In this document: one piece after another, positions 18,993 to 29,354 of the stretch
Numbering within the stretch: position 1 is the first letter of the stretch
How the letters are laid out: every line of letters starts with the position of its first letter
Assembly (NCBI RefSeq): GCF_020091585.1
Contig: NZ_CP083582.1
Span: forward strand, 4,348,536 to 4,412,535
Length of the DNA stretch: 64,000 bases
Source of the DNA: Kovacikia minuta CCNUW1
GTDB taxonomy: Bacteria; Cyanobacteriota; Cyanobacteriia; Leptolyngbyales; Leptolyngbyaceae
Direction of reading: 5' to 3'
The notes under the pieces: model-generated
Told to the model about the DNA's origin: nothing
Databases searched by the model: none
Seen by the model: the letters and a program-made list of their open reading frames with translations, nothing else
Position numbers and translations under genes: made by a program

Positions 18993-19275
18993 AGGGGGAA
19001 CCTTTCAAAACCAGATCATTCCACAGAATTAGTGTGCCCACTCCAGGGGCAGTCACTCACGTTCTTCTTTTCGCCTTTTCAGGGTTGCAGATTGTTGTCT
19101 ATCGCCCTCAATTGGGAACCACGATAAATTCCCTGGCGGTTGATAAGGCAAGTCGAGTTTTGGGAAGACTGCTCTAGAGAGGGCACTTGAAACTGCGCTC
19201 TCTACTGGTAACTGCTTGAGTTTTGACTGGAACTCATAATCTTTACCTCTCCAAATTTTGTAGAGAAGTAGCACT

Positions 19276-20667
19276 ATGACAGAACCACAGCGTCCACCCA
19301 TTTCTCCACCCCCTCCACCTAGAGTGCCACCCGCACCCCCTCCCCCTGTCAGGAGTGCTACCAATGGGGCAACGACTATCTCAAATCCTCAACCAAGACC
19401 GACAGCAACACCCTCTGCCTCAGGATCGCCCACGGTCATTTCCTCCCAGCCTGTGGGTTCAAGCCCACCGACAGTCATTTCCTCCTCCCAGTCAGCCGCT
19501 GGAGCGGTTGCTCAGACAACGGTTTCTTCAACCCCTGTGGCGTCCTCTGCGCATCGCCCAACGGCTCCGCCGGTGGTGCCTGGAATGCATCGCGGTCCCA
19601 GTCATGGCTCTCCTACCCTGGCAGAAATCGTCCGGACGGCTTTTGATAAGGGATATTCCGATGTTCACCTGGGAGTTGGCGAGGTTCCCCGTTTCCGTAA
19701 CCGGGGCGAAATGGACCCAACTGACTGGCCCGAAACCGATCGGGACACCTTCTTTAGCTGGTTACGGGAAATTTTAAGCGAAGAAGATGTCCAGCGATTT
19801 GAGGAAACGTTGGACTTTGACGGCGCAACCCAGTACGACTTTGCCCGGGTACGGATCAATATTTTTGATTCCCTGCGGGGACCAGCAATGGTTTTGCGAC
19901 TGATTCCGTTGAAAATCCTGACGATGGAACAACTCAACCTGCCCCCCGTTTTCAAAGACATTTGTCATTATCACAAGGGGCTAATTCTGGTTACAGGCCC
20001 AACCGGGTCGGGTAAATCCACCACAATGGCAGCGATGGTTGACTACATCAACAAGGAGATGCCCAAACACATCATTACCATTGAAGATCCGATCGAATTT
20101 GTCCATATCAGCCGCAAATCGTTGATTAAGCACCGGGAAGTGGGCATCCATACGCGCAAGTTTGACAACGCGCTCAAAGCTGCCCTCCGGGAAGACCCAG
20201 ACATCATCCTGGTCGGTGAAATGCGGGACAAAGAAACCGTGAATACGGCTCTCAAAGCTGCCCAAACCGGTCACATGGTGATGGGAACGCTGCACACGAA
20301 TAGTGCGGTGAAAACCATTGAACGGATTTTGCAACTCTTTGAACCAGAGCAACAGGAGCCAATGAGAATCTCTCTGGCAGAATCTCTGGTTGCTGTCATT
20401 GCTCAGGGGTTGTGCCGGACAACCGATGGCAAACGGGCGGCTTTCCACGACATTATGATTAACACGGATGCCATTAAGGACTTTATTCGCCGGGGAGAAA
20501 TTGAAGAAATTGAACAAATTATTCCCAGATGTACGTTTGATGGTATGTGTACAATGAACCAGTCTCTCTACAAGCTCTATGAAGCGGGACGGATTACCGA
20601 GGAAACCGCTCTGGAGATGTCACCCAAGCCCAACGAAATGGCTCAGGCTTTGAGAGGGCGTGTCTAA
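19276..20667 (+). CDS. PilT-family type IV pilus retraction ATPase homolog with an about 115-aa Pro/Ser/Thr-rich N-terminal extension
   Basis: Walker A 'GPTGSGKSTT', 'IILVGEMRD', 'GHMVMGTLHTNSA'. PilT core collinearity from about residue 115. The N-terminus is 'PPISPPPPPRVPPAPPPPV...' low complexity. Confidence 0.8.
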   Translation: MTEPQRPPISPPPPPRVPPAPPPPVRSATNGATTISNPQPRPTATPSASGSPTVISSQPVGSSPPTVISSSQSAAGAVAQTTVSSTPVASSAHRPTAPPVVPGMHRGPSHGSPTLAEIVRTAFDKGYSDVHLGVGEVPRFRNRGEMDPTDWPETDRDTFFSWLREILSEEDVQRFEETLDFDGATQYDFARVRINIFDSLRGPAMVLRLIPLKILTMEQLNLPPVFKDICHYHKGLILVTGPTGSGKSTTMAAMVDYINKEMPKHIITIEDPIEFVHISRKSLIKHREVGIHTRKFDNALKAALREDPDIILVGEMRDKETVNTALKAAQTGHMVMGTLHTNSAVKTIERILQLFEPEQQEPMRISLAESLVAVIAQGLCRTTDGKRAAFHDIMINTDAIKDFIRRGEIEEIEQIIPRCTFDGMCTMNQSLYKLYEAGRITEETALEMSPKPNEMAQALRGRV

Positions 20668-20687
20668 CCAAATTTAGGGAAACACCG

Positions 20688-21458
20688 TTGAACTCAACTT
20701 CAGCAACCCTCCCCAATCTGTTTAAGGGAATCGCCTTGTTTACACCAGGGGGAGGGTTGGTTTATTGTATTGACCCAGATAAACAGAATCGCTGGCATCT
20801 GCACTTGTGTGCGCTCCTGCGAGACATTTTGGGTCTGCCCGAACCGCCTCACTTTCTGGTGCCCTGCTACACTGCAACCGTCGATCGCTGGCTTGATGCT
20901 CGAACGGGGCAAGTTCAGACGGTTGCTGAAGCCGCTCCAGCGGTTTTGAGACATGGAGCACTTTTGAATGCCGTGTTTGGCACAGAAAACCTGACCTGGC
21001 AGAAAATGCCTGTGCAGGATGGATTGTGTGATCCAATTGTTTTATCGATCTATCGCAAACAGTTTCCTCAACTCTGGAAAACGGAGGATTTGTTGGTTCG
21101 CTATGACAGGGCTGAAGCCTATACCTATTTCCCTGACGAACCGGAAGTTGCGGTAATTCCTGCGCCTCCAACTCCCCTGGAAGATCAGGGGTACGTGTTC
21201 CGATTGTTTGTGTCGGGTTCCAATACTGTTACCGAACGCACGATGAAAATCTTGCACCAGCTTTTAGAAGAGTCCCTCTGTCATCCATATACGTTGAAAG
21301 TGATTGATGTGCGTCAACATCCTGAGCAAGCAGAATTAGATCAGGTTTCGGCAACGCCTACCTTAGTTCGGGTCTGGCCTGAACCAGCCCGTCGTGTTGT
21401 TGGCAATCTGGATAATGTGAACCAGTTGTTGTGGATACTGAGACCCGCAGAAGGATGA
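20688..21458 (+). CDS. Two-domain protein: unknown N-terminal domain (about 165 aa) fused to a C-terminal KaiB-like (thioredoxin-fold) domain
   Basis: C-terminus 'YVFRLFVSGSNTVTERTMKILHQLLEESLCHPYTLKVIDVRQHPEQAELDQVSATPTLVRVWPEPARRVVGNL' is collinear with KaiB ('YVLKLYVAG...ALKVIDV...ATPTL...P.P.R...G.L'). Confidence 0.55.
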   Translation: MNSTSATLPNLFKGIALFTPGGGLVYCIDPDKQNRWHLHLCALLRDILGLPEPPHFLVPCYTATVDRWLDARTGQVQTVAEAAPAVLRHGALLNAVFGTENLTWQKMPVQDGLCDPIVLSIYRKQFPQLWKTEDLLVRYDRAEAYTYFPDEPEVAVIPAPPTPLEDQGYVFRLFVSGSNTVTERTMKILHQLLEESLCHPYTLKVIDVRQHPEQAELDQVSATPTLVRVWPEPARRVVGNLDNVNQLLWILRPAEG

Positions 21459-21463
21459 ATAGG

Positions 21464-21868
21464 TTAGATGCTGGTTTCTTTCAGCTTTTCGCGAATTAAC
21501 TCGACCCGTTTACGGTTAACGCCTAAATCAGATTTGCCCAAGCGGGATGCCGATCGCACGTGAATGGCTTTTGTTGAAGGGTCAAAAAAGAACTCCACAT
21601 CATCCACAAACCCCATCAGTTTGCTGGCAAACTCAGCATACAGATAATTTTCGGTTTCTGTAATTAGGGTTGCTCGTTCCTGGGATTGGATAATTTGCTT
21701 GAGTGCAGCTTTTGCTTCTGACTGAGTGGTGTTGTAAGTCAACGGAGCGATCGCACTTTGCCCGTCCTTATCGTAGCTGCATACACAATTAGGGGTACCA
21801 GGACAGGGGGCTAATCTGCCGTCTGTAACTCCAAGGGTAGTAGGACGCTGACCTGAGAATTTAAACAT
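21464..21868 (-). CDS. DUF1499-family protein
   Basis: 134 aa. The 'PCPGTPNCVCS' motif and length fit DUF1499. Confidence 0.5.
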   Translation of the reverse strand: MFKFSGQRPTTLGVTDGRLAPCPGTPNCVCSYDKDGQSAIAPLTYNTTQSEAKAALKQIIQSQERATLITETENYLYAEFASKLMGFVDDVEFFFDPSTKAIHVRSASRLGKSDLGVNRKRVELIREKLKETSI

Positions 21869-21942
21869 AGGAAAGTGGGGAGTAGGGGGTGGGTATGGGG
21901 TGTGAAGAGATGAGTCATCTAAAATCTAAAATCAAGCACCAA

Positions 21943-22509
21943 TCAGCCTATCTTCTGGTAGCAAAAACAATCGGTTGTATGGTCATGAACCAGCCCGCAA
22001 GCCTGCATGAAAGCATAGCAGATTGTCGAGCCGACAAACTTGAAGTTGCGCTGGAGCAGATCTCGGCTCATGGCATGGGATTCTGGGGTTTCGACAGGAA
22101 CTTCTGCCACCGTCTGCCAGGCATTAACAATCGGTTTGCCGCCAACAAAGTCCCAGATATAGGCATCAAAGCTGCCAAATTCCCGCTGCACCTCTAGAAA
22201 AGCCTGCGCATTTTGAACGGTGGCTTGTATCTTGAGCCGATTCCGCACAATTCCGGGATTGGCTAACAACGCTGCAATCTTCGTATCGTCATATTGAGCA
22301 ATTTTTGCCCCATCAAATCCGTCAAAGGCAACCCGATAATTCTCACGTTTCCGCAAAATCGTGAGCCAACTCAACCCCGCCTGCGCCCCCTCCAAAATCA
22401 ACATTTCGAACAACCGCGTATCATCATGTACAGGAATGCCCCACTCGCGATCGTGATACTCAATGTAAAGCGGGTCATCCTTAACCCAGGCGCAACGACG
22501 GATATTCAT
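21943..22509 (-). CDS. tag: DNA-3-methyladenine glycosylase I (Tag)
   Basis: 'CAWVKDDPLYIEYHDREWGIP...LEGAQAGLSW...FKFVGSTICYAFMQACGLVHDHTTDCF', canonical Tag motifs including the Zn-binding Cys/His. Confidence 0.9.
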   Translation of the reverse strand: MNIRRCAWVKDDPLYIEYHDREWGIPVHDDTRLFEMLILEGAQAGLSWLTILRKRENYRVAFDGFDGAKIAQYDDTKIAALLANPGIVRNRLKIQATVQNAQAFLEVQREFGSFDAYIWDFVGGKPIVNAWQTVAEVPVETPESHAMSRDLLQRNFKFVGSTICYAFMQACGLVHDHTTDCFCYQKIG

Positions 22510-22611
22510 ATTAAGGGGTGACAGGTGAGGGGAAATTAGGAATTGGGAACGATGAACGATGACTTAAGCCCAGTTTCTAACCCCTAGCCCCTGATATTTC
22601 CCCCTTTCCCC

Positions 22612-23112
22612 TCACTTCTTCCCTCCTTTGGTTTCTGGTTCAGCCGAATTTAGCGCTTGATCGAGAACGGTGCGGGCTTGCTCTGCCTGCGATCGGGCTT
22701 CGCGATAGCGTAAGTTTGCCTGAGCATAGGTTTTTAGTGCTTTAAAGCCATCCTTGAGACTGGTGATTTCTTCCTCACTTACCGGGTCATCGGTAAACAG
22801 GATGTCAATTTGGGCGCGGATTTGTAAAGCTTCAGTGCGAGATTCCTGAAGCTTCAGCTTGAGTGTTGCCAGGTTACTGAGCAACTGCACTGCCTGGGTA
22901 ACTGCATCTTCTTCAGGATGGGGCATGGGGGAAGGTTCTTTTACTTCAATAAATTGCTGCGGACCAAAGCCATCGGAAAGCTCCGTTGGCAGTTTACCCG
23001 CATCCATCAATTCAATCAATTGATCCATTGCCTTTTCACGGGCTTTTGTGGAATCTTTGCCCGGAACAGACAAAATAACTTCAGGACTTTGAACAAGAGT
23101 GTATTGAACCAT
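22612..23112 (-). CDS. Hypothetical coiled-coil protein
   Basis: 166-aa ORF with no recognisable domain. Confidence 0.35.
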   Translation of the reverse strand: MVQYTLVQSPEVILSVPGKDSTKAREKAMDQLIELMDAGKLPTELSDGFGPQQFIEVKEPSPMPHPEEDAVTQAVQLLSNLATLKLKLQESRTEALQIRAQIDILFTDDPVSEEEITSLKDGFKALKTYAQANLRYREARSQAEQARTVLDQALNSAEPETKGGKK

Positions 23113-23351
23113 AGGGATATAAATAGAATATTTGTACTAATTCTACAGGAAACTTGAGATCCGTGTAAGCATTTTATGCTGATTACATGGAAATGGAATG
23201 AAGTGGTAGGTGATATAGCGATTCTAAATGAGTTGTGAAACCCGATCCGTAGCAGCCATCAGCTATTAAGCCGTCAACGCTCAGCAAAAAGCTGAGCGTT
23301 GACGGCTAAGATTAATAACTGATAACGGAAACTTGATGGCTGACCTACCAC

Positions 23352-25451
23352 CTATGGCCTTTTGCCTTCCAACTCTTCCGCCTCTTGCCCGTCGGCAGAA
23401 CCGTTGTGGAGGGGTTCTTCAATTTTTTGCCAGAAATCCTGTTGGGGTTTGCCAATTTCGACTTCGTTTTTATCAAAAGCAACCCGGACGCGACGGCGAA
23501 ATTCCCGTCCGACGCTCCACTGTTGGGCGGGCTGGGTTTTGAGCCAGACGCGAATCAGCATCCCGGTATGGGAAATGCTATCGACACCCAGAACTTCTGG
23601 AGGTCCGGCAAACAGGTCGTGCCATTCGGGTTCCTCGTACATTGCCTGGGCAACCTCTTGCAGAATGTGAAGGGCACGATCGATGTCGGTGTCGTAGGCA
23701 ACTTCGATTGAGAAATCGACTCTTGACCAGGTTCGCGTCAGGTTTTTGACCTGAATGATCGAGCTATTGGGAACGGTGATCAACTGTCCTTCCCCATTTC
23801 GGAGCTGGGTAATGCGGAGGTTCATGTTTTCGACCAACCCCGCTTCCGTGCCGATCATAATAATGTCGCCGATCGCGTATTGGTCTTCCATCAGGATCAG
23901 AAAGCCGTTTACCACATCTTTGACCACGTTCTGGAACCCCAGCGAAATGGCAAAGGCAACAATTCCACCGATCGCCAGAACCGAGCCAACGGGCAAACCC
24001 AGAACTCCCAATGCCCAGGTCATACCAACGATACAGACAATGAAGGTTTTTAATCCTTTAAGAGCTTGCACGGTGGTTGAAATCCGTAATGCCTCCCGTT
24101 GGGCGTCTCCCTCTCCAAAAATGTCGTATCTGTCCCAGACTTTTGCCAGTCGATCTAGCAGGATATCCCCCAACCGAATCAGCAAGCCTGTGAAGAACCA
24201 GATGCCCAACAACTGAATCGGAATTCTGAGAAGCTGAGCTGACAAAGCGCGGGTCCAGGGAAATAACCGCAAAATCAGGGCAGTCCCACCGACCCAGAGG
24301 ATCGCCTGTCCCCAGGAGGTTAACCAGCGCAAAAATGAAACGATCCTGCGCCGCTGGCGCAGGCTAAATTGCTGACGAAAAGCATCCAAAAATGCCAACC
24401 GTTGGGAAATCTGACCGGCTTCCCCTGTAGTGGGAGAACCCGTTGTTGGTCGCCTGGTTGTTGGGCTGCCAATGGGTCTACTGCTGACTGAATTTTCTGA
24501 GCCGGATCTGTCAGCCATGAGGCTACCCAGAGCGGGAGAGCTGGTATTTGAGCTTAAGGGAGATTTGTCAGATACAGGTGTTTCCGCTTCCAGCCTTGCG
24601 GTCAGCACCTTTTCCCGATGCTTTAGCAGGCGTTGTAGGAGCCAGAGGATAAAACTGATTGCTGCTATCTTTAGCAGCAGGAGAACGGCTTCCTGAATTA
24701 ATTTCTTTAAGTTGGAGGACGATCGCTCCTTGAGGGAATTTCGCACCTCGGAATCGATCCGACTTCGCATGTATTCGGCAACCTGCCCGATTGGAGAGCC
24801 ATAGTAATTGGCATCGGATGGGGTCACCGTCATGACTTTGAGCGGTTGGGGATGGTCATTATCCTTCACCTGGATAATTGTTTCCCCATTAAGGACAGCA
24901 ACGCCCACTTGTAAGGTTTTGGGGTCGTAGCTGTTTGTGATGGTTTCTCCCTGACTTGAAATAGAAACCGTGTTTTGGATCAACCGCCGCAAATTGGCTT
25001 GAATCTGTTGAGCCCGTTGTTCTACCGGAATTAAATTTCCAGGTTTGCTGCGATCGGGCACAGAAGGGGACGCAATTTTGAACAGTTCAACCCCCTCAAA
25101 GTTAACTGGGGCAACCTCAAGCGAACCAAGGCGTTGGACATCGTAGGGCGGTGGTGACAGGGATTGCTCGGAGGGCAATGGAATGGGAATTTGCCCTGTG
25201 GCGATCGGCATCCAACTGGTGGCGATCGTGCAGGTGAAAAGGCTAATCAGAATAAAGCTGACAACGGGACGGAGCCGGAAGATTCGTCCCCCTGCGAAGT
25301 TCCTGAAAAATGCTCGCACAGGTGTGCTTAGCCTGGAAATTTGCATGGGTTCTCTCTCATCATTCAATTCATGAGCAGTCGCAGAGATAGAGGATGAACG
25401 GGTAATTTTTGCTATAAAAACCCTATTCTGCAAGCACTGATGGATTTGCAA
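23352..25451 (-). CDS. MscS-family mechanosensitive channel (large, with N-terminal extracytoplasmic/TM extension)
   Basis: The C-terminal half, 'GFQNVVKDVVNGFLILMEDQYAIGDIIMIG...ITQLRNGEGQLITVPNSSI', is the MscS pore and beta-domain. The start is possibly an internal Met (about 25330). Confidence 0.8.
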   Translation of the reverse strand: MQIHQCLQNRVFIAKITRSSSISATAHELNDEREPMQISRLSTPVRAFFRNFAGGRIFRLRPVVSFILISLFTCTIATSWMPIATGQIPIPLPSEQSLSPPPYDVQRLGSLEVAPVNFEGVELFKIASPSVPDRSKPGNLIPVEQRAQQIQANLRRLIQNTVSISSQGETITNSYDPKTLQVGVAVLNGETIIQVKDNDHPQPLKVMTVTPSDANYYGSPIGQVAEYMRSRIDSEVRNSLKERSSSNLKKLIQEAVLLLLKIAAISFILWLLQRLLKHREKVLTARLEAETPVSDKSPLSSNTSSPALGSLMADRSGSENSVSSRPIGSPTTRRPTTGSPTTGEAGQISQRLAFLDAFRQQFSLRQRRRIVSFLRWLTSWGQAILWVGGTALILRLFPWTRALSAQLLRIPIQLLGIWFFTGLLIRLGDILLDRLAKVWDRYDIFGEGDAQREALRISTTVQALKGLKTFIVCIVGMTWALGVLGLPVGSVLAIGGIVAFAISLGFQNVVKDVVNGFLILMEDQYAIGDIIMIGTEAGLVENMNLRITQLRNGEGQLITVPNSSIIQVKNLTRTWSRVDFSIEVAYDTDIDRALHILQEVAQAMYEEPEWHDLFAGPPEVLGVDSISHTGMLIRVWLKTQPAQQWSVGREFRRRVRVAFDKNEVEIGKPQQDFWQKIEEPLHNGSADGQEAEELEGKRP

Positions 25452-25660
25452 CCCCAGAATAGTGCATCTTAATTCAGAATAATTATGACAAAAGGAGGAG
25501 TTATCGCAGGTAACGGAGGACAGGACAGGCAGAAGGCAGTTCTCAGCCCTCAGTCTTTCTCTTCAATTCAAACCTCGAAATTCTCTCAGCCTTCAATCCT
25601 TAACATTCAACACTTTTAAAGTACGCTCTGAAGTTTACAGTCTAAACCCAGTACCCAGCT

Positions 25661-26299
25661 TTAAGGTTCTAAAATTAACTGCCACTCTGCCGCTTTAGGA
25701 CTCCAGGCTGGTTGGGGGGTAGCCCCTACAACATACGGTCCCCAGTAACGGCGGGAACCATCCTGGGCAAAGGCAACTAGAATATCCCCTGGTTTGACTT
25801 TAATGGCACGATCGGGCAAGGATACAATCAACCCTTTGCTGCTGCCTTCCTGGGGATCAAAATCCCAGTGGGCGGGTAGGTCATACCCTGATTGGCTGTC
25901 AGATCCAGTGGTTGAGGAAGCAGGATTTTTTGCTGTTTTTTTCGTCAGTAGGGCAACCCGGATCGGGTAAGTCGTGGGGTTACTGATGCGAAGTGCCCCT
26001 TGACGGGTAAAAACTGCCCCCACATTGGACTGGGCAACGATTGGAGCTTTGCCAGTCGCTTCAGTTAAATTTGCTTTGGGGGTCGAAACTGGGGAAGGCA
26101 CAACCGTTGGGGAGGCTTCTGGTTTCGAAGCTTCAACTTCAGGGGGCGAAAGGGGTTCTAATCCTGCGGATTCGGACTCTATTTCGATGGAAACGTGGCT
26201 AAAAACCCACGCACTACCAAAACTTAAAATCACGAGAGCAGCGATCGCGATCGCAGGGTACCATTTCCACTTAAAGCCCCCGGTAGGTTTCCCCCACAT
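25661..26299 (-). CDS. Hypothetical membrane-anchored or secreted protein
   Basis: 212 aa, one N-terminal TM helix, Pro/Ser/Thr-rich linker. Confidence 0.4.
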   Translation of the reverse strand: MWGKPTGGFKWKWYPAIAIAALVILSFGSAWVFSHVSIEIESESAGLEPLSPPEVEASKPEASPTVVPSPVSTPKANLTEATGKAPIVAQSNVGAVFTRQGALRISNPTTYPIRVALLTKKTAKNPASSTTGSDSQSGYDLPAHWDFDPQEGSSKGLIVSLPDRAIKVKPGDILVAFAQDGSRRYWGPYVVGATPQPAWSPKAAEWQLILEP

Positions 26300-26391
26300 C
26301 GCTCCTCCGCCCCCTGTGTCTCTACTCTAGTAATAACAATCTTTGAGCCGCTCGTGGACAGAAAGTTCCAACCTTAAGCAGAATTAAAGAT

Positions 26392-26724
26392 ATGCAAAAT
26401 ACCCGTCTCAACAATTTAATCGGTGTTACCAGTGAGTTTCTGGGCGGCTGGTTGCGTAACCCCTGGCGGCGACTGTCTGTTCTGGTTATTAGCCTGTTGT
26501 TAGGTAACTTTTTGGGTCCGTCAATTTCTCTGATCTCCGGTCAAAGCCAGGGAGTTGATGTTGTTGTAGCAGGCATTTTGGTTTTAGTCGTTGAGGTAAT
26601 TAGCTGGATCACCTACCGGAGTACCCCCGAAACTGCCCGATCGTTACTTGTTCAGATTCCGAACGCGATAAAAATTGGATTAATCTATAGTTTGTTTGTA
26701 GAAGCCTTCAAGCTAGGGTCGTAA
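26392..26724 (+). CDS. Small membrane protein (possibly DUF565/Ycf20-like)
   Basis: 110 aa with two TM helices. The family assignment is tentative. Confidence 0.4.
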   Translation: MQNTRLNNLIGVTSEFLGGWLRNPWRRLSVLVISLLLGNFLGPSISLISGQSQGVDVVVAGILVLVVEVISWITYRSTPETARSLLVQIPNAIKIGLIYSLFVEAFKLGS

Positions 26725-26729
26725 ACCAG

Positions 26730-28622
26730 ATGACTCCCCTCGATCTCCTCTCCCCCTCAATCTCTTCCCAATCGGTTCACGAAAAGTTGGCTGCGCTGCG
26801 ATCGCTGCTGCCAACCAACCATGTTGATGCCTATCTGATTCCCTCTGCGGATGAACATTTGAATGAATATTTGCCGGAAGCAAAACGGCGACGAGATTGG
26901 GTTAGCGGGTTTACCGGCTCAGCTGGAGATTTTCTGTTGGGGCAAAATCAGGCCTGGTTATTTGTGGACTCCCGCTACCATGAGCAGGCAGAACTAGAAG
27001 TAAACCTTTCGCTGATTCAAGTCTCCAAATTGGGTTTAGATGAGCAGAAAACCCTGGAAGAAACCCTGGAGCAACTTGGAAAGGAAGCTGCTAAGACTCA
27101 AGCCCCCTGCCGATTAGGATTTGACCCTTTTACGATCGCCCTAACCCAGTTCCGTAACCTCCAGAAGCAATTGGAACCCTGGGGTGTTGTCCTGGTGCCA
27201 TTGCCGGAGAACTGGGTTGATCGGGTGCGATCGCAACAACCCTGGGTGGAAACGGAACCCCTGCCAGCGTTTGCAACCTCAAAGCTGTTCTACCTGTCGG
27301 ATGCGGTCACGGGCGAAACCATTCAGCAGAAGCTCAAGCGGGTGCGAGAGGATATGCAGAAGTCGAATACTGAGATTCTGCCTGTGACCAAATTAGACCA
27401 GATCGCCTGGTTGTATAATCTGCGCGGTTGGGATGTGCCCTACAACCCGGTTTTCATTGCCTACACAATCATTACCCAGGACAACGCCTTTCTATTCACC
27501 AATCTGGAGCGCGTCAGCTCAGAACTTCGGCAACTGCTGGCCGAACAGGTCACCCTGTTGCCCTACGAACAGTATGCCGAGACACTAAAATCTCTGATCT
27601 CGCGATCGCCGTGTCGTGTTTTGCTTGATCCCCAACGGACAACAATGGGAACCTACCGCATCCTGACTGCGGAGGAAGTTAAAGATACCTGTCGGATTGT
27701 GGAAACCCAAAATCCGATCGAGGGCATCAAAGCCCGCAAGAATGCGGTAGAACTAGACCAAATGCGGTTGGCAAACCTGAAAGCCAGTCGTGCTAAGACG
27801 CGCACCTTGAAGTGGCTAACCGACCAGCTTGCCCAGGGGAAAATTCTTACCGAAGCGGATGTGGCAGCGACCGTAGAGCGGTTTTATGCTGAAGAGGAGG
27901 GCTTTCAAGGGTTAAGCTTCAATACTATCTCTGGTGCTGGGTCAAACAGTTCGATCGTTCACTATGGGACGCCTGATCCCGAACGGGAATTGAAATCAGG
28001 CGAGTTTTTGTTGCTAGACTCTGGCGCGCAATATGCCTCCGGTACCACAGATGACACCCGCACTGTCATCATTGGCACTCCTACCCCGGAACAGGTGGAA
28101 CGCTATACCGAGGTGTTGAAGGCTCACATTAATTGCGCCATGCAGCGGTTTCCCAAGGGAACCACAGGTGCCCAGTTGGATGGAATTGCGCGATCGACCC
28201 TGTGGTTTGCCGGGTTGGACTATGGGCATGGTACCGGACATGGCGTCGGTGCCTTCCTCAATGTTCACGAAGGACCAAATGGGATTAGTAAGCGGGTCAG
28301 TGAACCACTAGAGCCGGGAATGGTCACCAGCATTGAACCGGGATTTTATGAACCGGGTTGGGGTGGAATTCGGATCGAGAACCTCTATGTGGTCAAAGAC
28401 CTGACTGAGCCTAATCCAGACGAGGCTGAACCACCCAAGACTCGGTGGTATGGCTTCGAATCTCTAACCTACATCCCTTTTGACCTACGATTAATTGACC
28501 TGACGCGGTTGAATGGGCAGCAGCGATCGTGGTTGGAGGCATACCATCAAGCAGTTGTTGAAAAACTATCCCCAGAGTTGAACCAAGAGGAGCTTGCCTG
28601 GTTGAGACTTGCAATGCCCTAG
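26730..28622 (+). CDS. Xaa-Pro aminopeptidase (M24B, aminopeptidase P-like)
   Basis: Creatinase-N-like N-terminus. The C-terminus 'HGTGHGVGAFLNVHEGP...IEPGFY...IRIEN' has M24 metal-ligand motifs. Confidence 0.85.
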   Translation: MTPLDLLSPSISSQSVHEKLAALRSLLPTNHVDAYLIPSADEHLNEYLPEAKRRRDWVSGFTGSAGDFLLGQNQAWLFVDSRYHEQAELEVNLSLIQVSKLGLDEQKTLEETLEQLGKEAAKTQAPCRLGFDPFTIALTQFRNLQKQLEPWGVVLVPLPENWVDRVRSQQPWVETEPLPAFATSKLFYLSDAVTGETIQQKLKRVREDMQKSNTEILPVTKLDQIAWLYNLRGWDVPYNPVFIAYTIITQDNAFLFTNLERVSSELRQLLAEQVTLLPYEQYAETLKSLISRSPCRVLLDPQRTTMGTYRILTAEEVKDTCRIVETQNPIEGIKARKNAVELDQMRLANLKASRAKTRTLKWLTDQLAQGKILTEADVAATVERFYAEEEGFQGLSFNTISGAGSNSSIVHYGTPDPERELKSGEFLLLDSGAQYASGTTDDTRTVIIGTPTPEQVERYTEVLKAHINCAMQRFPKGTTGAQLDGIARSTLWFAGLDYGHGTGHGVGAFLNVHEGPNGISKRVSEPLEPGMVTSIEPGFYEPGWGGIRIENLYVVKDLTEPNPDEAEPPKTRWYGFESLTYIPFDLRLIDLTRLNGQQRSWLEAYHQAVVEKLSPELNQEELAWLRLAMP

Positions 28623-28689
28623 CAGTAAGGATGAAGGATGGGGGGTGAGGGATGAAGTTAGACCTTGCCCATCAAAACATTCCTGCTTA

Positions 28690-29277
28690 CTAGCTGTCGG
28701 CTTCCAACACCTGTGCTGCCGTTAGATTAAATCCTGGAAAGGTGGGAGAAACGATCGACTCACTCTCCTGAAACACCTGATCATCATACGCACCCTCTCG
28801 CAGGGTACAAACCGTCACCAGCAGCTGAATGGGGTCAACGATCCAATATTCAGGGATATTTAAAACAGCGTATTCACTCCGTTTTGCGCGGTAGTCTTCC
28901 GTAGCAGTGGAGGGGCTAACGACTTCTACCACAAGCAAGGGGGGAGGTTCGTGCAGCGCAATCACAGATTCGCGTTTTTTCAACCCCGCCCACTGCTCTA
29001 AGGGCAGCACAACCACATCAGGCACCCTGCAAGTATCCCAGCGGTTTCCTCGAGGTGACTGAATGCCAATCTTCATGTCTTTTGATGCCCAGGGTAGTGA
29101 AGAGCGTTTGATTTCAGCTTTGAAGGCTTCATTAAGAAACTCGCTGATATCCCCATGTTCTCCAGTTCCCAATGCCATGCGGACGAGATCTCCATTAACC
29201 AACTCATATTTAGCCCCTGTGCCGTCGTCATAGGCGAGGTACTCTGCAAAGGTAAGTTTTGGGGTTGTAACTGCCAT
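28690..29277 (-). CDS. Uma2-family (DUF820) endonuclease
   Basis: 'KYELVNGDL..M...EHGDI...PDVVV...EYWIVDP' pattern. Confidence 0.65.
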   Translation of the reverse strand: MAVTTPKLTFAEYLAYDDGTGAKYELVNGDLVRMALGTGEHGDISEFLNEAFKAEIKRSSLPWASKDMKIGIQSPRGNRWDTCRVPDVVVLPLEQWAGLKKRESVIALHEPPPLLVVEVVSPSTATEDYRAKRSEYAVLNIPEYWIVDPIQLLVTVCTLREGAYDDQVFQESESIVSPTFPGFNLTAAQVLEADS

Positions 29278-29354
29278 AGAGTTTCTGGAACAACTTACTT
29301 GGAGTTATATTACCCACTATAATCGCGGCGATCGTGTTTCACCTGTTTCAAGCC

